In this document: in pieces, positions 59,181 to 64,000 of the stretch
Layout: each line of letters begins with the position of its first letter
How positions within the stretch are numbered: position 1 is the first letter of the stretch
From: Lama guanicoe
Lineage: Eukaryota
Length of the DNA stretch: 64,000 nucleotides
Reading direction: 5' to 3'
Assembly (NCBI GenBank): GCA_013239625.1
Contig: MU054323.1
Location: 4,020,161-4,084,160, forward strand
Translations under genes and position numbers: made by a program
Notes under the pieces: generated by a model
What the model saw: the letters and a program-made list of their open reading frames with translations, nothing else
What the model was told of the DNA's origin: nothing
Databases searched by the model: none

Positions 59181-61179
59181 CCTCTAGACATGTCTGTTTT
59201 TAATTTGGTTTTGTATTTTTGGTTTATTACTTAGTTGTGGACATTTGTGACATTAAGGAACATTACTATCTAGTGGTTGGGGGCTAGATGTTGTCAGAGT
59301 ATTATTTTGGTGCAAAGATAGAACCATAAGATTATCTAAGTGTACTTAGGGGTCAGTTTTAGTCAAATAGTTTTGAAAACTAGTGAGTTAAATAATTTGG
59401 GGAAGATTTAACTTTCCTAAGCTAATTAGGGACAATAAAGTTAATCATTTGTACATGTATATTGAGTCTGTATTGATACTGTTATTTTTTGAGACTGGGA
59501 AATAATTTCCAGAAACACTGTTTATGAATGTATTTGAGTTTAAATTTGGTATCCTGAAAGTTAGTTTATCCAAGGCAGGGAAACATCATGTATATTTTTA
59601 TATTATGAGTTAATACCTAATTTTTGGTTATTTTAGCACAGGGAATTTAACATTTACTTGTTGTAATCTAATTTCCTTGAATAGTTTTGTGTCATCTTCC
59701 CCAAAACCTCACCAGATTTTGAAGAGTATTTTCTACAGTTGCTTCATTTGGAAAAGTAATTCACTTACACAACTACTATGACTGCTGTATCACTGAGTTG
59801 CTTTTGTTGTTTTGTTTTGGTACTGTAAGATATGGCAAAGTTAATGATTTGGTTAGTATAAAAAATTAATTTGAATATGAAAGTAAGATAAAGTAATAAT
59901 GATTTTTTTTTTGGTACCAGTTTAATCAGGAAGGGCTACATACCCCTTTAGTTTTTCAGAGTTCTTTTAACTTACATCTTCATGTATAATATTTTATGTT
60001 TGGAAATGACTAGAAATAGATTAACTTCACAAATTTATTTATGATATTTAAATTAATAAATACTACAGAAAATGATGTTTTTGCAAGTCTACATTTCAGT
60101 TAATTCTTAATTGATTCACAGAGTACTTGTGTGCCCAGAGTTTTCAGCAGACATTTAAAAGGCCAGTACAGAAAGTAGCTGAAAAGAGGATTAAAATTAG
60201 GTGTCCTTCTGTTAAGATAAATAATGCTTACTTTAAAACTAATTCGTTTTTTTCCTGAAAGTACGTCATTTTTGCCCTATATTAAGGTATTTTATTATAC
60301 TGCAAAATTACAACATGGAGGATTTATAGTAATAGTTTTATTCAGAGTACTTTTGAATAAAAACAAAAGCATATTTATCTTAGGATTTGTATTTTCATAG
60401 GATAAAGTTTCATATTATGCAGCTAATAATAGTCAATATTAAAATGCTTTTTTCTGCCCTAAAACACTTGTATTTAAGTTAGTAGAATCTATTATTTCAT
60501 AAATGTTGGCAACAGACTATTGGTGAAAAATTTGGAGAGTAGTAGAACATTTTAATTTCTTTGAATGAAATATTCAAAGTTGAGGATTATTTAATTTTAC
60601 TTATTTTTATTTCTAGTGTTGCTTTATTTATATAAATTAAAGAGATTTTTCAAGCTTATGTGAAAGTGGTTTTAGAAAAATGGTTTGATTCATTATAAAA
60701 ATAATTATGATTACTGATACTTGTTTTTTAAGAATATTCACATCATGCATTTTCAAGGGTATATATCAATACAAAATAAAAACTCTCAGATCAGTAACTG
60801 TTATATAAAGACATTATTTAGCCATTTGTATTTTCCTGGCATGATCACTTTGATTCTAAGTTCTTCTGTATGAAATGCCGAGTTGGTTAAATTTCAGTGT
60901 CTGTTTTTAAATGTTTACTTTTTCATCTGTGTTTATTAACTAACTTAAGTTTTTCTGATTTTACTAAGAGTGTTGAACTCTAATATCACTTAGAAAACCT
61001 TCTTAAATATTGTTGCTGAATTTATTTGTGTACACCCAAAGGAAATTATTTTTGTTTATTGAATGCTTTGAGTTAAATTTTTTCACAATGAAATAATTTT
61101 AAGTGTTACTTCCCTAAATTAAACAGTATATGTGCATGTGTGTGTTTTAACAATAACATGCCATGTGCATATTGTGCCT

Positions 61180-61335
61180 GCTGATGGGTATAGAGCTTCT
61201 CTTTTGGGTGATGAAAAATGTTCTTAAGTTAATTCGTGATTAGTGATCGCACAACTCTGAATATACTGAAACCCACTGAGTTGTATACTTTAAAAGGTGG
61301 CTTTCGTGACAAGTGAAATCTCAGGCTGTTTGAAA
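61180..61335 (+). mobile_element. L1M 3' end fragment
   Basis: ctgatgggtatagagcttctcttttgggtgatgaaaaatgttct...cacaactctgaatatactgaaacccactgagttgtatactttaaa. Confidence 0.82.
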
Positions 61336-61711
61336 ATTACATATGTGAAGGTTATGTATAACTTATGAATTCAGTAAGTTATCTGTTGAGACTATTAAAA
61401 GAAGAAGAGAGAAATGTGATAATTCTGGTATCTATTGCAGGGATTTCAAAATTAAAATTAATGGAAGTGAAATATCAAACATCAAGGTTAAAGGAAAACC
61501 TAGAAAGGGGAAAATAGCATCCTTAGCCTAGAGCATTCTATGCACATCATCATTAGCTATTGGTGCAATGCATTTTTAAACCTTTATTATTTTTGTATGT
61601 AGCATAAAAAAGTGTGGACTGCAAAAGGGTACAGCTGGAGGGTTTGTTTCTGATTGAACACCCATGTAACCACTATGCAGTTCAGTAATAGAATATTGCC
61701 AACTACTAGCT

Positions 61712-63560
61712 GGGAGAAGTTCAAGATGGTGGAATAGAAGGATCCAGAGCTCACTCTCTCCCACAGATACGTAAAAATTACGTCTACATGTGAAGTAGTT
61801 CTCACAGAATGAATACCTTCTGAACTCTGGCGGAAGATCTTATATGATGGAGCTAAAAGAAAAGTCTTCATAGAACTGTGTAAGACTGAAAAAGGATGGG
61901 GCCTGTGCCCTGGATAGGGAATGATGAAGGAGGGAAAGTGCCCTCGCCCTGGGAAGCCTCTTCACCAGTAAGGAGATCAGCCAGGACAGAGGGGAGCAGG
62001 AGAGGCTCAGAGGAGAGCCCAGAAACAACTTGGCAGCAGACAGACAGAAGAGAAGCCAGCGAGGGGGCCTGCACAGTCCCAGCCGGAGCAGCAAGCTGCT
62101 GATGCGTGACAGCGCTGGGAGCTGAAGCTCAGGCTTCAGAGGACAGACCTGGGGAGGGGACTGAGATTTGCTTTGAGGATATAGCTTGAGGTGGCTGGCT
62201 GGAGTGAGGCAAGGGCTGAGGCTGGCAGTGGGTGCAAAGAAGCCCAGGTTTGCCATGAAAAGCCCCATTGGCATGTGTACTAAGGGAGGGTTAGGACCTT
62301 GCCATAGTAGCCTCCTCCTCAGTGCTCATGGAGGGGTGGCCTTGCCATGAAAGCCCCATTAACCCACACTAGTGAAAGGAGAGAGAGGACTCTGTCATGG
62401 AGTCTCCTCGGCTTGCTCTGGAAGGGTGCAGTCGCTGACAGGTTGCTTCTGAATAGAGGTGGGACCACACAGCTTCAGAAATGGGACTGAAATTTGAGTT
62501 GTTCCAGGTGGCTTTGGTGGATATATGCCATCATTAACGTTTGTAAACTCCACACATGCAGGACATACAAGCAGGATATTTGTGTGCAGCTGGGGCAGGT
62601 CCAGTGTTAACAGTGGGCGTGTGGAGGCAGGGCTGGGGTCTGGGCTGACCCTGTAGCCCAGGGTGGATCCAGGTTTGGTTTGTGACTGTGTGTGACTGCA
62701 GCGGGTCCTGGCACCCGACTTCAACAGGTCTGCCCTGGTGCTTTGTGAGCACAGTGCCTGAGGAACACCAGAGTAGGCCACCTGCATTCCCATGGCTGAG
62801 GGCAGCACTAGTGGCAGTGTACTTTGTGAGCATGCACAGCTGGTGACAGGTGACACCACAGAGGGCACATCCAGGTGGACACCTACAGAGGAATACTCAG
62901 TTGCTTTTCACCTAGCAGAAGCACTCCAGTCCTGCCACCCTCACACAGAAACGGATCTGGGAGCTTCTACTCCAACAACTGGGAAGCAGACCCGGCCTCT
63001 GACAGGGCTGTGGCAACCACAGAGCAAACAAGAGGTCCCACTCAACACCCAGTGTAGGTTCTGGTCATGTCAACACTAATCACACCTCCTATCAAGGGGA
63101 TAACAGGCAGCACACAGAGGAAAGATGCGGCAGCCATCCATGATAAAAAAACAGCCTTGCAACGAAAATACTAGACACACGCTGGCTACACAAGGATGCT
63201 CCCACATAAAACAGTCTTTCAAGACTGCAATAGACAGTTGTTACTCCTAACTTTATAGTCAGAGAAATACAAGTAAAATGGAGAAGCAGAGGAACCACTT
63301 GAAATTAAGAGAATGAGAGAAATCCCCTCGAAGAAAAAACAATGAAATAAATCTCTACAGTATACCAGAATCTGAGTTCAAAACGGAGATGATAAAAATA
63401 TAAAAAACACGAGGAATTAAGAGAGTTTATTGATAGAAATACAAATTATTGTAAAAGGAACTAGAAACTATAAAGAGGAGCCAATTAAAATCAGAAAACT
63501 CATTTGCCCAGATGAAAACCTAGCTAAAAGCAATAAATAGACTAAATATGCAGACAGATG
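61712..63560 (+). mobile_element. L1 5' end: GC-rich 5' UTR plus disrupted ORF1 start
   Basis: Starts gggagaagttcaagatgg (L1 YY1-type start). ORF1-like ATG at 63278 (MEKQRNH...) is followed by stops; truncated at about 63560. Confidence 0.8.
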
Positions 63561-63564
63561 ATTA

Positions 63565-64000
63565 TATTTTTTAAGGAATTTTGTTAATGAGAAATATTGG
63601 TCTGTAGGTTTTCTTGTGATGTCTAGTCCATATTTGTCATTTGGGTAACCTAATGGGAAATGTCTCCTCTATTGTGCAAAAAATTTTATGTAGGGTTGGT
63701 AGTATTTCTTGCTTTAAAATTTGACAGAATTCACCAGTTAAGCTGGATGGGCATGGACTTTTCCTTTGTGAGAAAATTGCTATTTACTACTACTACATTT
63801 TTTTTTTTGCTTGTTTGTGATAGAGGTTTTCTGAAGTCAGTTTTGGTTATTTATGTCATTCTAGGAATATGTTTATTTCTATGTATTTGGTAGGTCTGTT
63901 ATGTTTCCGAGTCTTGGAGAAGTAGTCTTATGTAGCAGATATCCTGTGGGGCCCAGCAGCATGCTCTGCTCCGGTCACCAGAGCTATATGTTCTAAGGGT
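63565..64000 (-). mobile_element. Antisense L1 fragments
   Basis: aatattggtctgtaggttttc...agaattcaccagttaagc; then cttggagaagtagtcttatgtagcagatatcctgtggggcccagcagc. Confidence 0.65.

Noticed and set aside
61840..63079. 144-aa and 157-aa ORFs near the window end
   Set aside because: They lie within the GC-rich L1 5' UTR and have no protein-like signature.

Overview
Mammalian genomic DNA, most likely camelid: three tRNA-derived SINEs resemble the camelid Vic-1 family, and I saw no Alu, B1, Bov-A or PRE-1 elements. There is one convincing protein-coding gene, on the + strand: TDRD15, a germline multi-Tudor protein with a 2088-aa ORF (48908-55174) and eight Tudor repeats, driven by a CpG-island promoter at about 40.85-41.5 kb. 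Splice signals suggest the real CDS is longer than the ORF track at both ends. Two small upstream exons add an in-frame N-terminal extension, and a perfect splice donor overlapping the stop codon could join a downstream coding exon at 58469. The 40 kb upstream is intergenic and dense in L1, L2, MIR, MaLR LTR and hAT fossils. It also has several repeat-free blocks with liver/gut transcription-factor motif clusters. From human synteny (TDRD15 lies upstream of and divergent from APOB), these may be APOB distal control elements. No prokaryotic-type system (CRISPR, operon) is present, and I see no evidence for a wholly new multi-gene system. Repeat boundaries and subfamily names were judged by eye and are approximate.
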